Shown piece by piece: positions 1 through 8,042 of a stretch of DNA of 30,931 nt. The stretch is taken from the NCBI GenBank assembly GCA_044229145.1, contig JBGATO010000046.1:1-30931 (forward strand), read 5' to 3'. A program made the position numbers and the translations under genes. This DNA is from Candidatus Eiseniibacteriota bacterium. Lineage in GTDB: Bacteria > Eisenbacteria > RBG-16-71-46 > CAZEPH01. The notes below the pieces were generated by a model. The model worked only from the letters and a program-made list of their open reading frames with translations. It had not been told where the DNA came from and made no database searches. The number at the start of each line of letters is the position of its first letter. Position 1 is the stretch's first letter.

Positions 1-329
1 CACACCCCGCCCCAGTGCCCGAAGTAGAGCCCGGGCCCTATGTCGGACGTGCGGCTCACCGAGATGCCGAACAGCACGCGCAGCCAGCGGAAGCCGATCG
101 TGTACACGACGAGCAGCAGCTGCCGCAGCACCGGCACGCGGAACTCCACGGTGAGCCAGCGCCCGAAGCGATACCAGGCGATGACCCAGAACGCCTCCTC
201 GAGCACCGCGACCTTGAGTTTGCGCAGGAACGACTGGTGCGGGTAGCCAGGGGACAGCTCGAGGTAGCGGTCGAAGTCGGCGCGCAGACAGCGCCACTGC
301 GACGGCCAGGGCGGTCCGTCCGGTGTCAT
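1..329 (-). CDS. CysE/WcaB-like left-handed beta-helix O-acyltransferase, 5' part only (runs off the left edge)
   Basis: Not in the ORF track; translated by hand: MTPDGPPWPSQWRCLRADFDRY...FWVIAWYRFGRWL...LFGISVSRTSDIGPGLYFGHWGGV. The ADxxRY, YRFG and IGPGLYxGHxGG motifs typify serine-acetyltransferase-like proteins. The ATG overlaps the carrier-protein stop (TGATG). Confidence 0.85.
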   Translation of the reverse strand, partial: MTPDGPPWPSQWRCLRADFDRYLELSPGYPHQSFLRKLKVAVLEEAFWVIAWYRFGRWLTVEFRVPVLRQLLLVVYTIGFRWLRVLFGISVSRTSDIGPGLYFGHWGGV

Positions 330-586
330 CACACCGCGGCGCTGGCTGCCAGCGCGCGCACCCAGTCGGCCACCGCCCGCAAGTTCTCCAGGCGCTCGGG
401 CACCACGTCTTCGTCCGGAATGTGCACGCCGAACTCTTCCTCGATCCACAGAATCAGGCGCATCACGCCCATCGAGTCGAGCATGCCGGGTCCCACCAGC
501 GGCTCGTCGTCCGCGAGGCCGGGAAGATCGGCGTCGTACAGCAACTCGGTGAGGACGTACTGGCGAATACGGTCTTCGTGCGTCAT
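329..586 (-). CDS. Stand-alone acyl/peptidyl carrier protein (PltL/RedO/AnaD-like)
   Basis: 85 aa, acidic; GMLDSMG phosphopantetheinylation motif and IEEEFGV; GGAGG SD; ATGA overlap with the upstream A-domain gene. Confidence 0.92.
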   Translation of the reverse strand: MTHEDRIRQYVLTELLYDADLPGLADDEPLVGPGMLDSMGVMRLILWIEEEFGVHIPDEDVVPERLENLRAVADWVRALAASAAV

Positions 587-2223
587 CGGGTCGAACCTCC
601 GGAGTGCTGGGAGAGGGGAGCCGAGGCCAGAGCCTGGCGGTCGATCTTGCCGCTCGAGGTGCGCGGGAAGCTATCCAGACGGTCGATGCGGGCCGGCACC
701 ATGTACGGCGGCAGCACGGCCGCGCAGGCGCGCTGCACGGCGCGCGGGTCGAGTGCGGGATCGCCGGTGATGCAGGCGTGCAGCACGGCGCCGCCCTCGG
801 CGTCCGGCCGCGCGAAGGCGACCGCCTCTACCACGCCGGGCTGCGCGCACAGCACCGCCTCGATTTCGCCGAGTTCGACGCGGAAGCCGCGCACCTTGAC
901 CTGGTGGTCGCGGCGGCCGTGGAACAGGAAGCTGCCATCCGGGCGCGGCGTGACGATGTCGCCGGTGCGGTACACCGGGTCGCCGTACTGCGTGTGCCGC
1001 GGGTCTTGCACCAGCGACTGCGCGGTGCGTGCCGGATCGCCGAAGTAGCCTTGCATGACGGTGCCGCCGCGCACGTACAGCTCGCCCTGCTCGCCGAGGC
1101 CGGCGAGTCCGCCGTCCTCGCGCACCGCGAACGCTTCGATGTTCGGACACGCGGCGCCGATGTTGGACGGCTCGCCATCCGCCGGCGCGGAGGTGACCGC
1201 GGCGAACGTGCAGACGTTGGTTTCGGTGGGGCCGTACAGGTTCCAGCACCGCGTGCCGCGCGGCAAGAGCGCGAGGAACTGGCGCAGCGACGCGGCCGGG
1301 AACACTTCGCCAGCGTAGAGCGCCACGCGGAGCGCGGACAGGTCGCGCTCCGCGAGCTTGCCGCGCGTCATCATCAGCATCCACGTCGACGGCGTCGCGT
1401 ACACCACGCTGTGGCGGTCGCGTTCGGTGCGTTGCGCGACGCTGGCCGGGAACGGCAGCTCGCGCGCGGGGACCGGCAGCACCGCCGCGCCCGCCGCCGC
1501 GGTCGCGAAGTAGTCGAACGTCGAAAGGTCGAAGTGCAGCGGTGCGTGATTCGAGACGCGATCATCGCCGCGCAGGCCGAATGCCGCGGCCGCCCACAGC
1601 GCGAACGACAACGCGCTGCGATGCGTGTGCATGACGCCCTTCGGCGTGCCGGTGGAACCCGAGGTGTAGAGGATGTACGCGAGGTCGTGTTCGGTGCCGG
1701 CGTGCGGCGCGCGATGCGGGTCGCACGTGGCGATCGCGGCGGCCGGCGTGATCGCCACGCCGGCCCACTCGTCGCCGGCCACCGCGCCGTCGTCGAGCAG
1801 CAGCGCCGGCGGTGGCGTACCGCCTTCGTCGTGCGCGCGCCACGCCCGGTGATGTGCGGCGAGCAGACGCGACTCGCCGACGATCGCCGCCACCGCGGCG
1901 CTGCGTGTGATGGTGGCATGGCGCGCCGGCGGAGCGTGCGGGTCGAGCGGCACGTAGGCGCAGCCGGCCCACAGGATGCCGTACAACGCGGCCGTGGTGC
2001 CCGGCGTGCCCTTGGTGGCGAGCAGGGCGACGCGCTCGCGCGGGCGTACCCCCGCGTCGCGCAGGGCCCGCGCCACACGCGCCGCGTCGCGCGCCAGTTC
2101 GGCATAGGTCAGCGTCGCGCCGTCGGTGACCAGGGCTGGAGCATCCGGCGTTGCCTCGGCGGCCCACAGCGGCAGCTGCCACAGATGCGTCGCCGCGCCC
2201 GGATAGTCGCGCCGCGGCATCAT
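583..2223 (-). CDS. Stand-alone amino-acid adenylation enzyme, probable L-proline--carrier protein ligase (PltF/RedM/CloN4/AnaC-like)
   Basis: Core motifs YTSGSTGTPKG, FDLS, NLYGPTETNVC, GELYVRG, YRTGD, GRRDHQVKVRGFRVELGEIE, LPPYMVP, SGKIDR; no C or T domain. Hand alignment to GrsA gives pocket DLFYLALVCK. Confidence 0.88.
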   Translation of the reverse strand: MMPRRDYPGAATHLWQLPLWAAEATPDAPALVTDGATLTYAELARDAARVARALRDAGVRPRERVALLATKGTPGTTAALYGILWAGCAYVPLDPHAPPARHATITRSAAVAAIVGESRLLAAHHRAWRAHDEGGTPPPALLLDDGAVAGDEWAGVAITPAAAIATCDPHRAPHAGTEHDLAYILYTSGSTGTPKGVMHTHRSALSFALWAAAAFGLRGDDRVSNHAPLHFDLSTFDYFATAAAGAAVLPVPARELPFPASVAQRTERDRHSVVYATPSTWMLMMTRGKLAERDLSALRVALYAGEVFPAASLRQFLALLPRGTRCWNLYGPTETNVCTFAAVTSAPADGEPSNIGAACPNIEAFAVREDGGLAGLGEQGELYVRGGTVMQGYFGDPARTAQSLVQDPRHTQYGDPVYRTGDIVTPRPDGSFLFHGRRDHQVKVRGFRVELGEIEAVLCAQPGVVEAVAFARPDAEGGAVLHACITGDPALDPRAVQRACAAVLPPYMVPARIDRLDSFPRTSSGKIDRQALASAPLSQHSGGSTR

Positions 2224-3365
2224 AGACCGAGGAATCCTGCGAGGATCTTCCGCTGCATGTCGGAGGTCCCCGAGTAGATCCGGCCACCGAGCGCATCGCG
2301 GAGCTCGCGTTCGACACCCGCTTCGGTCATGTAGCCGTACCCGGCGTGGATCTGCAGCGCGTCGAGCGCGTTCTGCACGTGCGCTTCCGACACGAACAGC
2401 TTGGCGATCGACGCCGCCATCATGCTCGACTTGCCGGAGTCCTTGAGCCAGCCGGTGTGGTAGAGCAGCCAGCGCGCCGCTTCGATGCGCACCTTGGCGT
2501 CCACCAGCTTGTCTGCCACCTGCGCGTACTTGGCGATCGGCTTGCCGAACTGCCGCCGCTTGCGTGCGTAGCGGATGGTCTCTTCGAGCTGCCGCTCCAT
2601 CTGCCCGAGATGCGCGGCGAAGATGCAGGTGCGCTCCCAGTCCATCGAGGAGTGGAAGACGCGCTCGCCGGCGCCTTCGGGGCCGAGGCGGTTGGCGGCC
2701 GGCACGCGGCAGTCGTCGACGACGACTTCGCCGAGCGGCGAGGTGCGCAATCCCATCTTGGAGAACGCCGGGCTCTGGGTCAGGCCCGGCGTGCCGCGCT
2801 CGACGAGGAACGCGGTGAGCCCGCGGTCTGCGCCGGCCTCGAACACGCGGGCGAACACGACGATGACGTCGGCCACCGGCGCGTTGGTGATGAAGGTCTT
2901 CTGGCCAGTGAGCGCGTAGTCATCGCCGTCGCGCACGGCACGGGTGCGGCCGCTGAAGGCGTCGGAGCCGGAGTCGGGCTCGGTGATCGCGTGCACGCCG
3001 ATGCGCGAACCGTCGCACAGCGACGGCAAATAGCGGCGCTTCTGCTCCTCGGTGCCGTAGTGGGCGAGCGGCACCATGCACGACCACATTTGTGCGTTGA
3101 GCGAGAACACCAGCCCGTTGTCCCGGCAACCATAGCCGAGCGCTTCCATCGCCAGGATGGTGGAGAGCATCCCGGCGTCCTGGCCGCCGTAGGCGGCGGG
3201 GAGGGGAAGCCCGAGGATCCCGAACTCGGCGCAGCGCTGCCAGCCGTCGCGCCACAACTCGCCGCGCGCATCGCGCGGCTCGACGGCGTCTTGGAGCTGA
3301 TCGCGCGCAAAGACGCGGACCGACTCCACCAATTCTTGCTGTTCGGTGGTGAGTGAGAAGTCCAT
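2220..3365 (-). CDS. FAD-dependent acyl-CoA dehydrogenase family, probable prolyl-S-carrier protein dehydrogenase/oxidase (PltE/RedW/AnaB-like)
   Basis: Start placed at MDFSL (ATG 3365, 381 aa). ACAD motifs AITEPDSGSD, GQKTFITN, KMGLR, RRQFGKPI, GYGYM, IYSGTSDMQR. LGYGCRDNGLVFSLNA and SMDWER resemble the prolyl-carrier oxidase subfamily. Stop overlaps the A-domain start. Confidence 0.88.
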   Translation of the reverse strand: MDFSLTTEQQELVESVRVFARDQLQDAVEPRDARGELWRDGWQRCAEFGILGLPLPAAYGGQDAGMLSTILAMEALGYGCRDNGLVFSLNAQMWSCMVPLAHYGTEEQKRRYLPSLCDGSRIGVHAITEPDSGSDAFSGRTRAVRDGDDYALTGQKTFITNAPVADVIVVFARVFEAGADRGLTAFLVERGTPGLTQSPAFSKMGLRTSPLGEVVVDDCRVPAANRLGPEGAGERVFHSSMDWERTCIFAAHLGQMERQLEETIRYARKRRQFGKPIAKYAQVADKLVDAKVRIEAARWLLYHTGWLKDSGKSSMMAASIAKLFVSEAHVQNALDALQIHAGYGYMTEAGVERELRDALGGRIYSGTSDMQRKILAGFLGL

Positions 3366-3526
3366 CGCGGCTGTCGAACCTTTGTCCGGCGCACGGTACG
3401 AGTGCGACGGCATCACGAGACGAGGGGACGGGCCACCTGCGCGGGAGCGCGGCATCGGCACCGGACGACGGCGATGCTCCGCGCATTCCTCGGCAGGGAG
3501 GAGCGCGCGGGCTGGAGGAGATCTCC

Positions 3527-3555
3527 ATTGTGCCTGCCCGTGCGCGCCGCTTCAA
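3527..3555 (-). promoter_or_regulatory. Candidate sigma-70 promoter for the prolyl-carrier operon
   Basis: Minus strand TTGAAG-N17-CACAAT, about 160 nt upstream of ATG 3365. Confidence 0.5.
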
Positions 3556-3725
3556 GCCTTCCGTGTTGGGCGCCGCGCTGGGGGCAGGACGCGTGCATTT
3601 CGCGCGGTCCGGCCGCGAACCGTGCGATCTGCCATGCCCGACCCGCCACCGCCTCGCGCCGGTCACACAGACTAACTCCCACGCGCGACACCACCTAGCA
3701 TCCTCCGAAGGTCCACCCGCGGCAA

Positions 3726-3740
3726 TGGCACACAGGTTGC
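3726..3740 (+). promoter_or_regulatory. Sigma-54 (-24/-12) promoter
   Basis: TGGCAC-ACAGG-TTGC matches TGGCAC-N5-TTGC, ending 34 nt before ATG 3775, which has a GGGAGGA SD. Confidence 0.7.
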
Positions 3741-3774
3741 CCTTGGTCTGCCTGGCGCAAGGTGGGAGGACTGA

Positions 3775-5913
3775 ATGTTCCCGCTGTGCCGCTGCATTGC
3801 CCGACACCTGACGATCGCCACCGCCGTGATCCTGCTGCCGGCCGCCGCCCTGGCCGCGCAGAATCCGCTGCCGTCCGCCCGCGCGACCGGCATCGGCATC
3901 ATGACGCTGGCCTACGGCCCGCAGCGGCCGCTGGCGCCCACCATCGCGCTCAATTCGCAGACCGTGGTGACGTCGGATTCCGCGACCACCGTCGCGCTGC
4001 ACACGAACAATCCCGGGCTCACCGTCCTCGCCTACATCAATCCGAACCTGGCCTACTACTACCGCTGGTACACCGAGACCCAGAACACCGAAACGGCCTT
4101 CCTGCACGCCGGCGACCCGGCCTTCCTCGGCGCGGTCAGCGCCGCCGGCCAGGTGACGCTCACGTGGCTCAGCGACAGCCGTGGGGCGCTCGGATTCTTC
4201 AGCGTCGCCGGCTACAACGTGTACCGGCGCAAGGGCAGCACCGGGAGCTGGCAGTTGATCGCCACGCCGGGCGCCAGCGTGACATCGTACATCGACAGCG
4301 GCTTGCAGAACGGTCAGGCCTACACCTACCGCGTCGCCACCGTGGATGGCGCAGGGATCGAGCACGCGTACTCGAACACTCTGCAGGCGCAGCCGGGCAC
4401 CAGCACCGTGTCCGCCCTCGTGGTGTCGAACGTCACCGTGACGCAGCCGGACACCGTGAGCGCGCTCACCACCATTACCGTCGCGGCGTCGCCGAGCATC
4501 AACGCGCTCGACCTGTGGTTCGACGTCAATCGCACCCGCACCTACGACGCGAGCGAGCGCTTCGCCATGACCAAGGGCGCTGTCGACGCCAACGGTCTGC
4601 AGCTGTGGAGCGCCAGCGTGACGACCTCCGAGCCGAAGCAGATTTGGGGTATCGCCGGTCACCAGTGGTACGTGCAGACGGCCAGCGGTGCCGCCGCCGT
4701 GGTGCGCACCCCGCAGACTGGCTACAACTCGTCGAACCCGAACAACCGCGTGCGGGCCTACGACTGGGGCACCTGGATGATGGACCTCAGCGACACCACA
4801 TGGGTGCGCATCGTGTCGAACGCGGCGCAGGGCCTGCTCGATGACGGCGCCGACGGTTTGTTCATCGACGTCGGCGTCAGCTCGCCGCTGTTGCTGTTCC
4901 CGGACTCGGCGCCGCTCAAGACGCAGATCGCGCACTACCGCGACGACATGAAGGCGTTCATGGCCACCCTCAAGGGCGTCGCCGGCACCGGCGCGGTGCT
5001 GTTCAACGGTCTCGACACCTCGACGCTGACGTACCTCGACGTCACCGACGGCGCGATGATGGAAGGCTTCATCGCCCAGACGTGGCAGCCGGGCGGCTCG
5101 ATCGGCGGCATCTGGTGGTCGAACATCCTCGACGCGGAATTGCGCGCGCAGGCCGGACGGTCGACCACGATCTTCAACTACGGCGTCGGCATGGACTCGA
5201 CGATCACCGCCCGCATGTACGCGCTGGCCTCGCACCTGTTGGTGAGCAACGACCACAGCTTCTACTACTACGGCTACTGGTCGCCGGCCTACTACCCCGA
5301 GTTCGACCTGACGATCGGCGCGCCGACGCAGTCGTTCTCGCGCGTCGCCGAGGCCAAGCGGCCGTCGGGTCTGTACGGCCGCACGTTCAGCGGCGGCATG
5401 GTGCTGGTGAATCCGTCGGACACCGACACGCTGCGTGAAACGCTGAGCGCGCCGCTGTACCAGGTGACGCCGAGCGGCGGCATGATCACGTCGTACGGTG
5501 GCAACGGTGCCCTCAGCGCGCAACTGGTGTCGACGGTCGTGCTGCCACCACACGGCGGCGCGGTGCTGTTGAACAGTTGGTCCGGCGCGATCGGCATGCC
5601 GGCCTTCGCCCCGGGCAGTGCGCCGGTGACGGCCGAGCCAACCACGCTCGCGCTGCACTTCGGACCGAATCCGGCGCGTCAGTCGATCGCGGTGCACGCG
5701 TCGCTGCCGCAGGCCGGAACGGTGCACGCGGTGCTCTACGATGCTGGCGGCCGCGCGGTGGCGGAAATCGCGCGGCACTCGGTGGCAGCAGGGGCGTGGG
5801 ATGCCGCCATCGACGTGCGCGAGCACCGGCTGGCGAGCGGCGTCTACCTGCTGCGGCTCGAGACGCTCGGGACGGTCACCACCCGTCGCTTCGTGGTGGC
5901 GCGCACCGACTAG
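3775..5913 (+). CDS. Secreted putative TIM-barrel glycoside hydrolase (GHL15/GH114-like) with inserted FN3/Ig domains and a C-terminal T9SS-type/FlgD-Ig sorting-like domain
   Basis: Signal peptide ending AALA; FN3 pattern VTLTW..GYNVYR..SYIDSGLQNGQAYTYRV; barrel motifs DGLFID, FNG, GAMMEG; tail GLYGRTFSGGMVLVNP; CTD GPNP..LYDAGGRAV..LASGVYLLRL. Confidence 0.7.
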   Translation: MFPLCRCIARHLTIATAVILLPAAALAAQNPLPSARATGIGIMTLAYGPQRPLAPTIALNSQTVVTSDSATTVALHTNNPGLTVLAYINPNLAYYYRWYTETQNTETAFLHAGDPAFLGAVSAAGQVTLTWLSDSRGALGFFSVAGYNVYRRKGSTGSWQLIATPGASVTSYIDSGLQNGQAYTYRVATVDGAGIEHAYSNTLQAQPGTSTVSALVVSNVTVTQPDTVSALTTITVAASPSINALDLWFDVNRTRTYDASERFAMTKGAVDANGLQLWSASVTTSEPKQIWGIAGHQWYVQTASGAAAVVRTPQTGYNSSNPNNRVRAYDWGTWMMDLSDTTWVRIVSNAAQGLLDDGADGLFIDVGVSSPLLLFPDSAPLKTQIAHYRDDMKAFMATLKGVAGTGAVLFNGLDTSTLTYLDVTDGAMMEGFIAQTWQPGGSIGGIWWSNILDAELRAQAGRSTTIFNYGVGMDSTITARMYALASHLLVSNDHSFYYYGYWSPAYYPEFDLTIGAPTQSFSRVAEAKRPSGLYGRTFSGGMVLVNPSDTDTLRETLSAPLYQVTPSGGMITSYGGNGALSAQLVSTVVLPPHGGAVLLNSWSGAIGMPAFAPGSAPVTAEPTTLALHFGPNPARQSIAVHASLPQAGTVHAVLYDAGGRAVAEIARHSVAAGAWDAAIDVREHRLASGVYLLRLETLGTVTTRRFVVARTD

Positions 5914-5940
5914 CGCACCGCGCGATTCCCCGGTGTGCCG

Positions 5941-5984
5941 GAGGGCCGGTTCGTGGCGGTGAGCAGCCGCGCGAACCGGCCTTC
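5941..5984 (+). terminator. GC-rich stem-loop after the first hydrolase gene (possible terminator or processing site)
   Basis: GAGGGCCGGTTCG (5941-5953) pairs with CGAACCGGCCTTC (5972-5984) with one G-U; no U-tract. Confidence 0.4.
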
Positions 5985-6045
5985 GCCGTTGGGTGCCAGG
6001 TCCGCCATCGTGCATGTCTCCGCGCGGCCGAGGTTGGGGTGGCGC

Positions 6046-6074
6046 TTGACCGCCCACGCGTCAGCCCCGATACT
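6046..6074 (+). promoter_or_regulatory. Candidate sigma-70 promoter for the second hydrolase gene
   Basis: TTGACC-N17-GATACT. Confidence 0.5.
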
Positions 6075-6220
6075 TTCCCCGTCTTGCGCTCCCCAGACGC
6101 TGCTCCCGCCTCTGTCCACCCCCCGTTCGCGCCGCCCGGTCTGCGTCCTGTGCGCGGCCGACCGGGGCTCTCTCAGCCGGAGCACGTGTCGTGGGGAAAT
6201 CTGAAGTGGGGAAGGATCGA

Positions 6221-8041
6221 ATGATCGCAGCGGCACACGGAGGTCGAAGCAGGACGTCAGGACGACGCTGGTGGGCCGCCGCGTGCGTGGCGGCCGCGCT
6301 CGCCGTGCCGCGCGTCGCCGCCGCGTTGCCGATGCCTCCGGTGGGCACGGGCATCGGCAAGGTGATCGTGTGTACCAACAATCTGTCGCAGTTCCCGGCC
6401 GCGTTCATCGCCAGCCACTTCAACGTGGGCATCAGCGTGCCGGAATCGCTGATGAAGCGCATCAAGGCGACGTCGCCGACGTTTTGTGCCTTGGCCTATC
6501 TCAATGCCAACGTCGACCCGAATTTCCCCGCCTACAACACGCTCACGCTGATCGAGACGCGGTGGATGCACACCTCCGATCCGGCCAGCTTGCACGCGAT
6601 CACCAGCAACGGGCGCATCGACCTGTATTGGATGGCGGACCGCAGGCCCCAACTCGCGAACTGCTCGTACGCCGTGTATCGCCAGCGCGCCGGGGAGGCG
6701 ACCGCCACGCGCATCGCCATCACCGCCGCGGGCGCCACGAGCTACAGCGACCTCGGCGTCGCGGCGGGGCAGAGCGCCACCTACTACCTCACCGCGCGCA
6801 CTGCGGCAGGCGTCGAGTACAGCTTCAGCGAGCCGCAGGTGTTCGCGGCGTCGCCGGCCGGGGTGCCGGGCTGGGGCCCGCTCACGCTCGCGCAGACCGT
6901 CGCCACGGATTCGACGACCTGCACCATCACCGTGGAAGGCGAGAACGGTCTGCAAGACCCGGTGGTGTTGTTCGACCGCAATCAGGACCGCGTATTCGAT
7001 CAAACGGCGGAGCGGTTCGACTTGCAGGCGGTGGGAAGCGGCGGCGGTGGCCGCACGCTCTACAGCGTCACCGTGCGGGCGGCCACCCACAAACTCAGTG
7101 GCTACTCGTGGCTGGTGCAGGACATGGGCGTGACCGGCGCGTATCCGCTGCCGGCCGCCGGCGCGCTGACCACCAACGTCAACAACCGTGTGCGCGACAA
7201 AGCCTACGGCGCGATGGGCGCGGACATGACCGACCCGTCCGTCACCGGGCCACTCGCCGATAGTTGCGTCGCGTTGGTGGCGCGCGGGTACGACGGGATC
7301 TTCGCCGACGCGGTGGTGGCGTACCTCACCTGGCTCGATCTCGACGGTGTGCCGCTCGGCGTGGACGACGTCGCCTACCGCGCCTCCGAACTCGCCCTGC
7401 TGCAAGCGTATCGCGCCGCGCTCGGCCCGTCGAAGGCGCTGGTGTACAACGGGCTCAGCACGCTGAGCATGGACTTCCTCTCCGCGGCCGACGGCAGCGC
7501 CGAGGAAGGCGTCTTTCTCGCGCGCTGGTTCCCCAACGGCTACGTGCCGACGCCCGGGTGGACCGACGCCATCTCGCACACCATCCAGGCCGTCCAAATT
7601 CAACATCGCGCCGTCCTCGATCTGATCGAGGTGCACGAGGACGACATCCCGGGCCGCATCTACGGCCTGGCGTCGTATCTCATGTGCAAGGGCGACTTCC
7701 ACTACCTGGCGCTGAACTGGAGCGAAACCACCACCGTGTATCTGCCGGAGATGGATCTGCTCGTCGGACAGCCGATCGAGACCTACCTCGACGTCACGCA
7801 GTACCGGCACGGCTCGGGGATCTACGGCCGCCGGTTCGAACGCGCGCTCGTGCTCATCAATCCCGGCGAGGCGACGATCACCGAGGCGCTGCCCACCACG
7901 ATGTACCGGGTCGATCCGGACGGCGGTGTCGTCCCGGAACTCGGGGGCGATGGGCAGTTGCTGTATACGCCGGTGTCCTCCGTCACGCTCGGGCCATATA
8001 GCGCCGCGATCCTGCTCGATAGCACCGTGGATCAACCATAG
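6221..8041 (+). CDS. Secreted putative TIM-barrel glycoside hydrolase with FN3 insert; paralog of 3775..5913 lacking the CTD
   Basis: ATG 6221 with GAAGGA SD (606 aa); signal peptide; collinear shared motifs LAYLN, HTSDPA, NNRVR, DGIFAD, YNGL, DGSAEEG, LASYL, YLPEMDL, SGIYGRRF..LVLINP. Confidence 0.7.
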   Translation: MIAAAHGGRSRTSGRRWWAAACVAAALAVPRVAAALPMPPVGTGIGKVIVCTNNLSQFPAAFIASHFNVGISVPESLMKRIKATSPTFCALAYLNANVDPNFPAYNTLTLIETRWMHTSDPASLHAITSNGRIDLYWMADRRPQLANCSYAVYRQRAGEATATRIAITAAGATSYSDLGVAAGQSATYYLTARTAAGVEYSFSEPQVFAASPAGVPGWGPLTLAQTVATDSTTCTITVEGENGLQDPVVLFDRNQDRVFDQTAERFDLQAVGSGGGGRTLYSVTVRAATHKLSGYSWLVQDMGVTGAYPLPAAGALTTNVNNRVRDKAYGAMGADMTDPSVTGPLADSCVALVARGYDGIFADAVVAYLTWLDLDGVPLGVDDVAYRASELALLQAYRAALGPSKALVYNGLSTLSMDFLSAADGSAEEGVFLARWFPNGYVPTPGWTDAISHTIQAVQIQHRAVLDLIEVHEDDIPGRIYGLASYLMCKGDFHYLALNWSETTTVYLPEMDLLVGQPIETYLDVTQYRHGSGIYGRRFERALVLINPGEATITEALPTTMYRVDPDGGVVPELGGDGQLLYTPVSSVTLGPYSAAILLDSTVDQP

Positions 8042-8042
8042 C

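Noticed and set aside
329..2223. dltA/dltC D-alanylation system
   Set aside because: No MBOAT (DltB) or DltD in the window; the pocket residues and adjacent dehydrogenase fit a proline cassette.
2920..6057. 1045-aa minus-strand ORF and other long antisense ORFs (10822..13158, 13097..15463, 17665..19827, 26102..28132)
   Set aside because: Shadow ORFs of real genes in very GC-rich DNA; Arg/Ala/His-rich with no motifs.
6221..6325. Tat signal peptide (SGRRWW)
   Set aside because: Twin Arg is present but the match to S-R-R-x-F-L-K is poor, and Arg pairs are common in GC-rich signal peptides.
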